DNA of 31,994 bases from an uncultured Dehalococcoidales bacterium (lineage in GTDB: Bacteria > Chloroflexota > Dehalococcoidia > Dehalococcoidales > UBA2162), in contig CAYOHA010000001.1 of NCBI GenBank assembly GCA_964403625.1, forward strand, positions 1 through 31,994, written 5' to 3'. Positions 18,511-26,913 of the stretch are shown one piece after another (position 1 is the first letter of the stretch; the number at the start of each line of letters is the position of its first letter). A model generated the notes under the pieces. It ran no database searches and had not been told where the DNA came from. It saw only the letters and a list, made by a program, of their open reading frames with translations. The translations under genes and the position numbers were made by a program.

Positions 18511-18978
18511 ATGAAAAAAACTAAATACGGAAAACACATAATGTCTAAAAAGCTCTATTTTAAGTTTCCACGTGGTTACGTCGGAACATCTTTACTCTCA
18601 CATAAAGGTGAATTGAATCCTAACGTCTGCTTTGGTTATCATTGCATCAATAATACGGAGTATAAACACCCGGAACCTCATACGCACGATTTCGATGAAC
18701 TCCTTGGCTTCGTCGGAGGGAACCCGCTAGATATAACCGACTTCCCAGCGGAGATACACTTTTGTTTAGGGGAAGAACAGGAAGAGCATATAATAACCGA
18801 ACCCTCGATGATTTCTATTCCGGCAGGGCTGGTCCATTGTCCGCTAACCGTCACCAGGTGCGATAAACCTATTGTGATGTTGGAAATATCACTAACCAAA
18901 CATTTCGATAGTTCGGAAATGAAGGCAAAGCGAAAAAGAGAAGCAGCCAAGAAAAAGTCGGCAGTAAAACGAAACTAA
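18511..18978 (+). CDS. His-rich cupin-like protein of unknown function (paralog of 14714-15202)
   Basis: PHTHDFD..FVGGNP..F.AE..LGEE.E..IT.P..SIP.G..HCPL. SD AAAGGAGG. Confidence 0.75.
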   Translation: MKKTKYGKHIMSKKLYFKFPRGYVGTSLLSHKGELNPNVCFGYHCINNTEYKHPEPHTHDFDELLGFVGGNPLDITDFPAEIHFCLGEEQEEHIITEPSMISIPAGLVHCPLTVTRCDKPIVMLEISLTKHFDSSEMKAKRKREAAKKKSAVKRN

Positions 18979-19787
18979 TTTAAGGCAATATCGCCTATAT
19001 TTACGTCGTTTCTTACTTCGATATTGTCGAGTGTCTTGACCGGATGGCCCTCGGCATGTATTTCCAGGGAATAGATGCCCTCTTTCACATCCTTGAACCA
19101 GAATCCCCCGAAGCTGTCGGTATTAGTGGTATACTCTTCACCGTGGCTCGCACCGGTGAGTACGACGCGGGCATCTGAAATACACGAATCTTTCTGCGCG
19201 TCGTATACATCCCCGGTAATAAACGGTTTCGGTAAACCCAGGTAATATACCCTTGGTTTCGTACTTGAATCGGGCTTTAATAACTCCGCCCGGCCGATCA
19301 ATTCTTTTAGTTCTTCTTCCTCGCCGAATTGTAAAGCCCCGGTAGGGCAGACTTCGACACAACGCGGTTCTTTCCATCCCCTGTCCAGCAGATGGGCGCA
19401 GAAGGTACATTTCTGGGCAATGTTGAGAACCTCGTTGAAATATATCACACCGGGATACGGGCATGCATCGATACAATCCCTCCGTCCAGAGCATTTCCCG
19501 GGGTCAATAATCACTATTCCGTCATCCCGCTTGTATATCGCCTGTTGTTTGCAGGCGCTGATGCAAGGCGCCTCATCACAGTGCTGGCATAGCGTGGGGA
19601 GATAGGTGATTTTAACCTTCGGAACCGTTCCCCTGACCATATCGGTGATCTTCATCCAGAATTGGCCGGTATCCGGCTGCGGCTTGGCATAGGGAGTCCA
19701 GTCGTTACCGACATGTTCATCCTTGCAGGCAATTTGGCAATTATAACAACCATTGCACTTGGCAATATCAATAACTAAGACTTTCGT
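18975..19787 (-). CDS. Fe-S (DmsB-like) small subunit of a pyrogallol transhydroxylase-like enzyme; apparent start codon is ACG
   Basis: The frame is open upstream of ATG 19655 and encodes KVLVIDIAKCNGCYNCQIACKDEH. Further Cys clusters and a C-terminal beta-sandwich ('TNTDSFGGFWF') follow. GGAGGT lies 8 nt before ACG at 19787-19785. Confidence 0.85.
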   Translation of the reverse strand, partial: TKVLVIDIAKCNGCYNCQIACKDEHVGNDWTPYAKPQPDTGQFWMKITDMVRGTVPKVKITYLPTLCQHCDEAPCISACKQQAIYKRDDGIVIIDPGKCSGRRDCIDACPYPGVIYFNEVLNIAQKCTFCAHLLDRGWKEPRCVEVCPTGALQFGEEEELKELIGRAELLKPDSSTKPRVYYLGLPKPFITGDVYDAQKDSCISDARVVLTGASHGEEYTTNTDSFGGFWFKDVKEGIYSLEIHAEGHPVKTLDNIEVRNDVNIGDIALN

Positions 19788-19788
19788 G

Positions 19789-22365
19789 CTACTTTACCTC
19801 CAGGTAAGAATCTACACACGGTCCCGCCGCAGGATGGAAGGTCTTCTTGAACGCTTCAGGGTACCGGTCTCTCAGTTCATCAAGATTAGCCCGCTCAATT
19901 TCAACGAGAAAACCGCTGACCGCCATACCGCAGACATTCCGCGACGTAGTGTTCCGGGGAGTAATAGCATTAATAGCTCCACCCCTGTCAATTTCACCGG
20001 GGATGATCGGATCATATTTCGCTCCGTGGTCCTGGCTGACAACGCCGGGCATTATTCTCTCGGTCACATAAGCCCCGGCCAGCACAATACCCCGTTCGTT
20101 ATAAACCTTGACCACATCACCGTTCCGGATACCTCTTGCGGCGGCATCCCCGGGATTGATCCAGACCGGTTGATACTGGTAGCCGTCCGCTCCCCTGACT
20201 TTACAGGTGGGTATTTCCCGTAACCAGGAGATATCTTCATGGTTGGCATGCACCCCCCAACGGGGATGGTTGGACATCATCAGCAAAGGATATGTTTCAG
20301 CCCTGGGATGTAAAAGGCTTTCCTGGTGCGTCTCGCCGTATGGTATCCAGTGAGGGACCGGTGGCCTTTCATCGTCATCAGGGAAATGCTCCTTCAAACC
20401 GACCGATTCGAATTCTATCTTCCCCGTCGGTGTCAGCAGCGGATTCGCCTCGGGATCTTCGTAGAACGGCCTCAGCCCCGGTGGGTCTTCCTTCCAGTTC
20501 GGCGCTACCGGTACCACCCAGTACTTCTTTTCCTTCACTTCTTCCCACTTGACCATGTTCTGGAGGCGGCAATGATCGAAGCACTCTTTTATCCATTCGT
20601 CTACCGTTTTTCCGCCCGTATATTCCTCGGCCAGGCCCAGTCTTTCCGCGATGGCGCACACGATCTCGTAGTCACTCATGCTTTCGCCGATGGACTCAAT
20701 GCACTTTTCTTCCGGGAACAGTACGGTATATTGCCCGCTTAGGTTATCAAAGGAAATATCATCTTCTTCAAATACGGTATTAGCCGGCAAGATGATATCC
20801 GCCAGCATGCAATCGTTTTCCATCCATGGGTGCTGGGCCATCACAAACTCTATTTTTGGATCCCGGAAGGCTTTTACGATCCGGTGCCCCTCGTTCCAGC
20901 AGGTTACCCAGCAGGGAGAATCCGTCCAGACCATGTGGATCTCCGGATTATTTCCCATGGGGAAGGTATAATGTACAAACTGGTTTTCCCGGTTGGTCGT
21001 TTCGGATTCACACCCGTACCAGCTTATCGGCGGGTTGAGTATCGCATCCGGTACCAGCGTCTTGGGAATGAATGATTCATTGACATCAGCGATGTATCCC
21101 CCGCGGTACCCCGCATGTAGGTCTGGACGCATAACCGCTTTCGGCAGCGGATATTGACCGCGGCGGTCGAACATACCCCATTCAAGCATCTTTACCTGCT
21201 GTACTCCCGGTTTACCCAGTCCCTGCATGGCTAGTAGCAAGATTTGAAGTCTAGCCGGTTCGGTTGAGTACGGCCCTCTGATACCGGGTCCGCCGTTACC
21301 GATAACAACGGAAGTCCTTTTTGATGCCCACAGCTGTGCCAGGGCAGTTGCCGTGCGCGCTGGGACCCCGGTTATCTCGGCAGCCCATTGCGGTGTTTTG
21401 GGGATGCCGTCTTCTTTCCCCAGTACATATTCGGCGAACTTGTCAAAACCGTGCGTATGCGTGGCCACATAGTCTTTATCGTACGTCCCTTCGGTAATCC
21501 ATACGTACGCAATCGCCAGGTATAGCGCCGCATCCGTATTCGGCCTGATGGGAATCCAGCGGTCGGCATGGACTCCTGCGGCATAGTTTAAATCCGGTGC
21601 GATATAAATTTGCTGGATACCCAAGTCAGTGAACCAGTAGCTCAGTCGGCTAGCCAGCTGTCCGCCCCAACCCCAGGGGGTGGTTTCCTGGTCACAGCCC
21701 CAGAACAGCAGCAATTCGGCATTTTCTGCAATGTCCGGCATCACATTCGCCTGCGGCACCTGCTGCCCCACCGGTTCCATTCCCCACACGTGTTTGCCGC
21801 CCCACACCCATCCTTCCCAGCTATCCGGATTCCTTGATTGTAGCGTATAACCCCCCAGCAGCTTCAGCAATCTCCGACCGCAGCCGTGAGAGGCATGAAC
21901 AGTCTTGTTCTCGCCGTGGCAATCCGATTGATACAATATAGCGTTGGTCGTATATGTTTTTTTGATTCTGGTGATTTCATCGGCAATAATATCCAGGGCT
22001 TCATCCCAGGATATCCACTCATACTGGCTTTTTCCCCGGTTCTTGATATTCCGGTTACCCTTGTGGTCAAAATCCACCCTTTTCATCGGGTACCTGATAC
22101 GGTTGGGGGAATAGCATCGCTTTTTATAAGAAAGCGTCAGTGGCGGAATCAGGGTCTTCATTGTAGGTTCAAAAGTCTGGCCGCGCGCTTCGATTTTCCA
22201 GGGATTGAATTCTTTAGGATCGTACATCCAGTCGTAGTGTAGTGGTCTGATCCGGATTATTTTGCCGTCTTTCACATCAACCACGGAAGCGTTGGATCCG
22301 TAGGACTCTCCGCACCAGCTGATGTCTTTAATATATGACTCTTCTCTCGTTGTTTCGTTCTTCAA
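19789..22365 (-). CDS. Molybdopterin oxidoreductase (DMSO reductase family), pyrogallol transhydroxylase large-subunit-like
   Basis: VKDGKIIRI.P, WKIEARG.TF.P, ISWDEA, NPDSWEGW (Ser Mo-ligand motif), ADIILPA, and a C-terminal molydopterin-binding domain. No N-terminal Fe-S motif or Tat signal. TTG start. Confidence 0.88.
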   Translation of the reverse strand: MKNETTREESYIKDISWCGESYGSNASVVDVKDGKIIRIRPLHYDWMYDPKEFNPWKIEARGQTFEPTMKTLIPPLTLSYKKRCYSPNRIRYPMKRVDFDHKGNRNIKNRGKSQYEWISWDEALDIIADEITRIKKTYTTNAILYQSDCHGENKTVHASHGCGRRLLKLLGGYTLQSRNPDSWEGWVWGGKHVWGMEPVGQQVPQANVMPDIAENAELLLFWGCDQETTPWGWGGQLASRLSYWFTDLGIQQIYIAPDLNYAAGVHADRWIPIRPNTDAALYLAIAYVWITEGTYDKDYVATHTHGFDKFAEYVLGKEDGIPKTPQWAAEITGVPARTATALAQLWASKRTSVVIGNGGPGIRGPYSTEPARLQILLLAMQGLGKPGVQQVKMLEWGMFDRRGQYPLPKAVMRPDLHAGYRGGYIADVNESFIPKTLVPDAILNPPISWYGCESETTNRENQFVHYTFPMGNNPEIHMVWTDSPCWVTCWNEGHRIVKAFRDPKIEFVMAQHPWMENDCMLADIILPANTVFEEDDISFDNLSGQYTVLFPEEKCIESIGESMSDYEIVCAIAERLGLAEEYTGGKTVDEWIKECFDHCRLQNMVKWEEVKEKKYWVVPVAPNWKEDPPGLRPFYEDPEANPLLTPTGKIEFESVGLKEHFPDDDERPPVPHWIPYGETHQESLLHPRAETYPLLMMSNHPRWGVHANHEDISWLREIPTCKVRGADGYQYQPVWINPGDAAARGIRNGDVVKVYNERGIVLAGAYVTERIMPGVVSQDHGAKYDPIIPGEIDRGGAINAITPRNTTSRNVCGMAVSGFLVEIERANLDELRDRYPEAFKKTFHPAAGPCVDSYLEVK

Positions 22366-22468
22366 CTGATAATGCCCTCAGCTTTGTTATGGGCAGACCT
22401 GGTTAAGCTTGCCCGATTTTAAGATATATTCCGTACCTACTCTCAGAACAGCTTTCCTGCTAAATACT

Positions 22469-22508
22469 AATATAATACTAAACAAGTAATTAGTCAATAC
22501 ATTGACTA
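22469..22508 (-). promoter_or_regulatory. Promoter of the molybdoenzyme operon overlapped by a palindromic candidate MarR operator
   Basis: Minus strand TTGACT (22497-22492)-17-TATATT (22474-22469). Palindrome tagtcaat-ac-attgacta at 22491-22508. Confidence 0.65.
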
Positions 22509-22562
22509 TTATATCTTGATAGTCGATAAATATACAGGAATTGATTGACAATAATTTAATCG

Positions 22563-23129
22563 ATGAGATACTATTGCTTCATGAATACACCCCCAAAAAC
22601 AGGTGCTAATGATTCTCGCCATCTCGCCACCGTTCAGTATATCGATAATACGGGGAGGTTCCCGCGGGTTAGATTATTCTTCAGGCTGCTTACCTTTGCT
22701 GATACTCTTAATAAATATGCCGGCATAGAAGTAAGGGAAAAAGGTGATAACCGTACCGGACTAGCTGTTTTGCAGATTTTACTCAAATATCCGGATGGTA
22801 TCTCTCAGCAAGAGATAGCCAAGCAAACGGGTAGAACCAAGCAGGCAATTGTGATGGCGATTAACAAACTTGAGCAGCAAAACTACCTTCAAAGACGTTC
22901 GAATAGCTACGATAGAAGGATGAATTCCATTATTATTACCCAAGAGGGGATTGATCATCTCAACGAAGTGTTCCCCCACACTCTGGCCATGTGTGATAGT
23001 GTTTTATCATCTTTTAGTGATGAAGAAATCGATCAATTCATCACCCTCAGTGGAAAATTGACGAAACGGCTGTGGCAGCAGATCGAAGCTGAATCATCGG
23101 AATTTGAACAGCGTGTAGAAGAGGAATAA
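22563..23129 (+). CDS. MarR-family winged-helix regulator (start may be 22581 or later)
   Basis: 'GISQQEIAKQTGRTKQAIVMAINKLEQQNYLQR....DRR...I.IT..G'. Divergent from the molybdoenzyme operon. Confidence 0.9.
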   Translation: MRYYCFMNTPPKTGANDSRHLATVQYIDNTGRFPRVRLFFRLLTFADTLNKYAGIEVREKGDNRTGLAVLQILLKYPDGISQQEIAKQTGRTKQAIVMAINKLEQQNYLQRRSNSYDRRMNSIIITQEGIDHLNEVFPHTLAMCDSVLSSFSDEEIDQFITLSGKLTKRLWQQIEAESSEFEQRVEEE

Positions 23130-24044
23130 CCGAATATTCCCGTGCCCACCATCATGCCGGACTGTGCTTAAGATGAAGGGAAAAGGGGCAGGGTTCAGGC
23201 AGGTGGTGCAGGTTATATCAATTGTCTCCCCTTCTAGAAGTAGGCCTATATCTGATGCGCTGAGATCAACAGAGAGTCCGCGGCCGCACCTGTCGCAAGC
23301 GAAACGCCATGTACCTTGTAGTTCCTTCAGCGAATCCTTAAGGCCAGCCGCAAGTGCCCTTGCCTTGGAGCCGGCGTATTCTTTCCACTGCCCATCTTTC
23401 ATTAGTTCGAGGCGTTTTTCGGCCCCTGCCTGTACTCTCCTCTCAAATTCAGCGGTCACGCGGTGGTTTACCAGTGCATTAACCTCCTTAAGGTAGTAGT
23501 TCTTGAACCAGTCTGGCCACTGATCCCTAGCACCCAACATGGCATCTGCAACTTGCCTTGCGCTGGAATCAATGACCTTTGCTATCTCAGGGGGCCACTC
23601 AGAACCGTTAAGTACTTGTATCAGGCTCTCGTGAACCAGAGTCGGCATTCGGCTTCGCATATCCTTTTCTAGTGCTGCCAGGCATTCTTTTACCCTTCTC
23701 TCAATCTCGCCTTCCTCGGCATGGAGGAATTGGTCTCTTATCTCCTCCAAGGAGAGGTCGCCGCTGTCAGGAAAATTCACTTTAAATTCCTTTAGCGACA
23801 ACAGCTCCTTCTGGGCGTCATCGAGCCTACTGGCCAGCTCCCTAACCTCGCCCTCGCTTTTCGTGAGGCGTGAAGAAAGCTCGTTGTTCGTAGAAACTTC
23901 GCTTCCCAGTTCGGCTATCTTTTTCTTCAGCTGGGCTACTTCTGTTGCCAGACAATCCCTTTCCCGCTTGACCCGAGAGTAACGCCTCAGTGCCTCGAGT
24001 TCCTTTACGTACTTTTCCAGAACTTTAAATTCGTCCTTTATCAC
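23094..24044 (-). CDS. Hypothetical coiled-coil protein with C-terminal CxxC..CxxC zinc ribbon; tail probably junction-derived
   Basis: Heptad-rich N-terminus, CDRC...CTTC, and GGAGGTGA SD before GTG 24044. The 3' end runs 36 bp antisense into marR across the repeat at 23138-23165. Confidence 0.7.
   Translation of the reverse strand: MIKDEFKVLEKYVKELEALRRYSRVKRERDCLATEVAQLKKKIAELGSEVSTNNELSSRLTKSEGEVRELASRLDDAQKELLSLKEFKVNFPDSGDLSLEEIRDQFLHAEEGEIERRVKECLAALEKDMRSRMPTLVHESLIQVLNGSEWPPEIAKVIDSSARQVADAMLGARDQWPDWFKNYYLKEVNALVNHRVTAEFERRVQAGAEKRLELMKDGQWKEYAGSKARALAAGLKDSLKELQGTWRFACDRCGRGLSVDLSASDIGLLLEGETIDITCTTCLNPAPFPFILSTVRHDGGHGNIRLFLFYTLFKFR
23138..23165 (+). repeat. Imperfect direct repeat of the tRNA-Val 3' end/att junction (26973-27000)
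   Basis: 20/28 ungapped identities. Also shares the exact 9-mer gcccaccat (23144-23152 and 26982-26990) on a diagonal shifted by 3 nt. Confidence 0.5.
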
Positions 24045-25722
24045 TACTCACCTCCCCGACGAGCATCAGCAACGCCCAGATGAAGACATCTGCAAGCTCC
24101 ACCTCGGTGTATTCACCAATACTGTAGTATTTCTTGGTAATCTCCCGGGGCGGTCTCAGCTTCGGGTTGAGATTCTTACGGCACCAGGCGAGGCCTATCA
24201 TCAGATATTGCACCACGACCTGGAGACTTAAATCAGCCACCAGGCTGGAGATGGCCTCTTCGCTCAGGGGCAGTTTGACAAAATAGCGGGTGAACTTTAG
24301 CTCCTCTTCCAATTTACCCATCTCCGCCTGCGTATCACCCCACTTCCTGATGTCATCGTGGAGGCCACGACACAGCTTCTTTACCTCAGCCACTGCTGAA
24401 CTCCTCATGCTGTTGATCTGCTTAACTCCTGAATCCCTGAGGGAAGTGATTGACTGCCTTACTTTAGCCAGCTCACCCTGAAGCTCTCTAAGTGCTTGCA
24501 CCTTTTCCCCTAGCTCTTGTGCTACCCTGTCGAGTTCAGCCCTTCTTGCTGTTAGTGCCTTCTCAACACTGCTGAAATCCGCGACTACTTCTTCGAATGA
24601 TTCAGGAGCAACCCCAGCCGCGGTAAGCATTCTCTCATAGGAGACTATTGTCGGCGGTAAAACGCCCTTACGTCGCAGAGATTTTATCGCCGCTATTCCT
24701 TCAGCGATCTGTTCTGAGGTCAGCCCCAGCTTTTGAGCGAGCCCGGCTAGCGATTCCCTCTCTACCGTCAGGCTCTTGACTTCTTCGGAACGTTTTCCCT
24801 TGGTCGCCTCCATTCCAATGACGGCCTCATAGGTTTCGAGATATCCAAAGAATCTATTGACAGCCTCCCCTGTACCGTGCTTCTGCGCTATCTCACTCAG
24901 GCGGTCTCTTAGCCGGTTTAATTGATCCCGTGGAAAACCAATCTCATCCAGACCCCTTAGCGTCTCAGTCTTGTCGGCAACTTGCTTTTCCAGAGTCATC
25001 ATTCTTTCCTGAAGCTGGCTGGTTTCCTCTTTGAGCTTGCTCTTCTCGGTTTCAAGTTGAGCCATCTCCTCCTGGCACTGCTTGACTTGCTCCCCCAACT
25101 CTTGGATGCGATCCTCCTGCTCCTTTTCTTTCACTGCCATGGCATTCAGCCTGCCTTGAAGCCTGACAGACTCTGCTTCAAGGCGGTGGTTTGCTTGAGT
25201 GAGTTCCTCTCCCCTTCCGTGAAGTTTGGTCTCCTCAGCTCTCAGCTCTGCTAGCTCTACCCTCAGCCTCTCTAGCTCGGCAGAGGAGGTCCTGAGGCTT
25301 TCTAAGGTCTGCTCATAGCTAAGACCTTCTTTTTCCAACTTTGACAGTTTGCTTGCCGCCTGGATGATCTGGCTGCGGGAAAATTCTTCCTCGGGAACTG
25401 CTCGGCACATTCTTATCCATGATTCAAGATACGCTGGTTCTACACCCAGCCCGATGAGTTTCTTTAACAAGATGAAGAGGGAAGCAGCTTCAATGATAGT
25501 AATGCCTGCCTTGCGGAGACCAACCGTCAGTTCTCTGAGCTCGTTCACCAAATCAGTCACCTGTTCAAACTGGGGGAATTCTCCGACTCTGAGCGCCTCT
25601 ACTACTGCTGCCACACTTCCTTTTGCTACGCCTGTTTTCTCGGCGATATCATCGTAGGAAAAACCTTCGAAGTAGAGTTTTACCACCTCAAGCTTTCTGT
25701 CTAGAGTTATCTCCCTGCTCAC
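24025..25722 (-). CDS. Hypothetical protein: N-terminal HTH plus long coiled coil
   Basis: 'RKLEVVKLYFEGFSYDDIAEKTGVAKGSV' HTH and an extended Glu/Lys/Leu heptad region. AGGAGG lies 8 nt before GTG 25722 (the ORF track starts at 25740). Confidence 0.75.
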   Translation of the reverse strand: MSREITLDRKLEVVKLYFEGFSYDDIAEKTGVAKGSVAAVVEALRVGEFPQFEQVTDLVNELRELTVGLRKAGITIIEAASLFILLKKLIGLGVEPAYLESWIRMCRAVPEEEFSRSQIIQAASKLSKLEKEGLSYEQTLESLRTSSAELERLRVELAELRAEETKLHGRGEELTQANHRLEAESVRLQGRLNAMAVKEKEQEDRIQELGEQVKQCQEEMAQLETEKSKLKEETSQLQERMMTLEKQVADKTETLRGLDEIGFPRDQLNRLRDRLSEIAQKHGTGEAVNRFFGYLETYEAVIGMEATKGKRSEEVKSLTVERESLAGLAQKLGLTSEQIAEGIAAIKSLRRKGVLPPTIVSYERMLTAAGVAPESFEEVVADFSSVEKALTARRAELDRVAQELGEKVQALRELQGELAKVRQSITSLRDSGVKQINSMRSSAVAEVKKLCRGLHDDIRKWGDTQAEMGKLEEELKFTRYFVKLPLSEEAISSLVADLSLQVVVQYLMIGLAWCRKNLNPKLRPPREITKKYYSIGEYTEVELADVFIWALLMLVGEVSSDKGRI

Positions 25723-25816
25723 TGTTCTTGCCTCCTTCACCGCCTACGGTTTTACTCGGTCTGCTAGTCAAGCTAGCTGCCTAACTGAATGAACAACTGA
25801 ACAAAGTTTTGAACAT

Positions 25817-26752
25817 CTAGGTACTCCTAAGTTCTATCGTATTAGTCTCTTTCTCAATTACGCTATTATTTCGCTTCCCCCTTCTATACGCCAGTTTGAA
25901 GTCCATATTGTCTGCCGGAGAATAGCGACGGTGTGCCTCTTGAATACCACTTTGAGCCATGTTTACATAGATTCGAAGGACATCTAGTGTGGAATGCCCC
26001 ATCATCCTTTGGAGACTGAAGACATCGCCGCCGTTTCTTAAAAACCTGACGGCAGCAGAATGACGTAAAGTATGAGGTGAGCACCTGACTCCTTCTATCC
26101 CAGCTTTCCTGCCGTAATAGGTCATAATCTTCTCCGCCCTATCTTTGGTTAGCGGCCTACCATCCTTGGTGAGGAAGAGGAAGTCGTATTTAGCCATCGC
26201 TGGTTCGGGACGGCATCGGTTAATGTAGCGCCAGAGGAGGCGCTGAACTTGCTTACCTATCGGAATAAGGCGCTCCTTATTACCTTTACCTACAACCTTC
26301 AGCATACCCTCATCCAACCAGAGATTGCCAAGCTTTAGATTACAGAGTTCAGATATCCTAAGGGCCGTATCAAGCAAGGTCAGAATGATGATATAGTCTC
26401 GGTATCCCTCAGCGGTTCTAGTATCTATGGCATTGAGTAACCCCTGGAACTGGGAGTCGGAGAAGGCAGGTATAACCTTTCCTGGTGGTCGTGGAATTTT
26501 CACTCGTTCAAAGGGGTTACACTCTATGATATTTTCGGAGACAAGCCATGATAAAAAGATCCTGAGACTGCGGAGGTAACAGTTAATGGTATACCCCGAA
26601 AGCCCTCTATCCTGGGTATGGTTGAAACGGTGGCCGGAGAAGCACATCTTCTGTTGTAGATAGAGGATGAATGCTCTAATCTGGTGCTGAGTAATCTGAG
26701 TTGCATCGGTGCTTATTCCCTGTGAAGCAAGGAAATCGAGAAAGTAATGCAC
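25817..26752 (-). CDS. Tyrosine recombinase/integrase (XerC/D-like fold); coding frame extends upstream without a canonical start
   Basis: Complete catalytic set: DTALRISEL (R), GKGNKER (K), HTLRH, MMGH, RIY (Y). SAM-like N-terminal domain. Confidence 0.92.
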   Translation of the reverse strand: MHYFLDFLASQGISTDATQITQHQIRAFILYLQQKMCFSGHRFNHTQDRGLSGYTINCYLRSLRIFLSWLVSENIIECNPFERVKIPRPPGKVIPAFSDSQFQGLLNAIDTRTAEGYRDYIIILTLLDTALRISELCNLKLGNLWLDEGMLKVVGKGNKERLIPIGKQVQRLLWRYINRCRPEPAMAKYDFLFLTKDGRPLTKDRAEKIMTYYGRKAGIEGVRCSPHTLRHSAAVRFLRNGGDVFSLQRMMGHSTLDVLRIYVNMAQSGIQEAHRRYSPADNMDFKLAYRRGKRNNSVIEKETNTIELRST

Positions 26753-26872
26753 GCTATTAGTGACAATAGCGATAGCATTAGGGCTCTTTCCTTCAGTAGC
26801 AGCACAAAGCTGATAGCCCTGAAGCAGGCCTCTTATGTCGGTGTAAAAATTTAACGAAGCAAGAGGTCTACC

Positions 26873-26901
26873 TTTACAAAGCTGATTTTTGGGGGTAAAA
26901 T
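26873..26901 (+). promoter_or_regulatory. Sigma70 promoter for tRNA-Val
   Basis: TTTACA-17-TAAAAT, ending 12 nt before the tRNA 5' end. Confidence 0.7.
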
Positions 26902-26913
26902 AGATATGATTTC

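Noticed and set aside
26850-26875. Out-of-frame TTG after AAGGT as a frameshift-dependent integrase start
   Set aside because: It gives only TTG-CTT-CGT-TAA and there is no canonical slippery heptamer.
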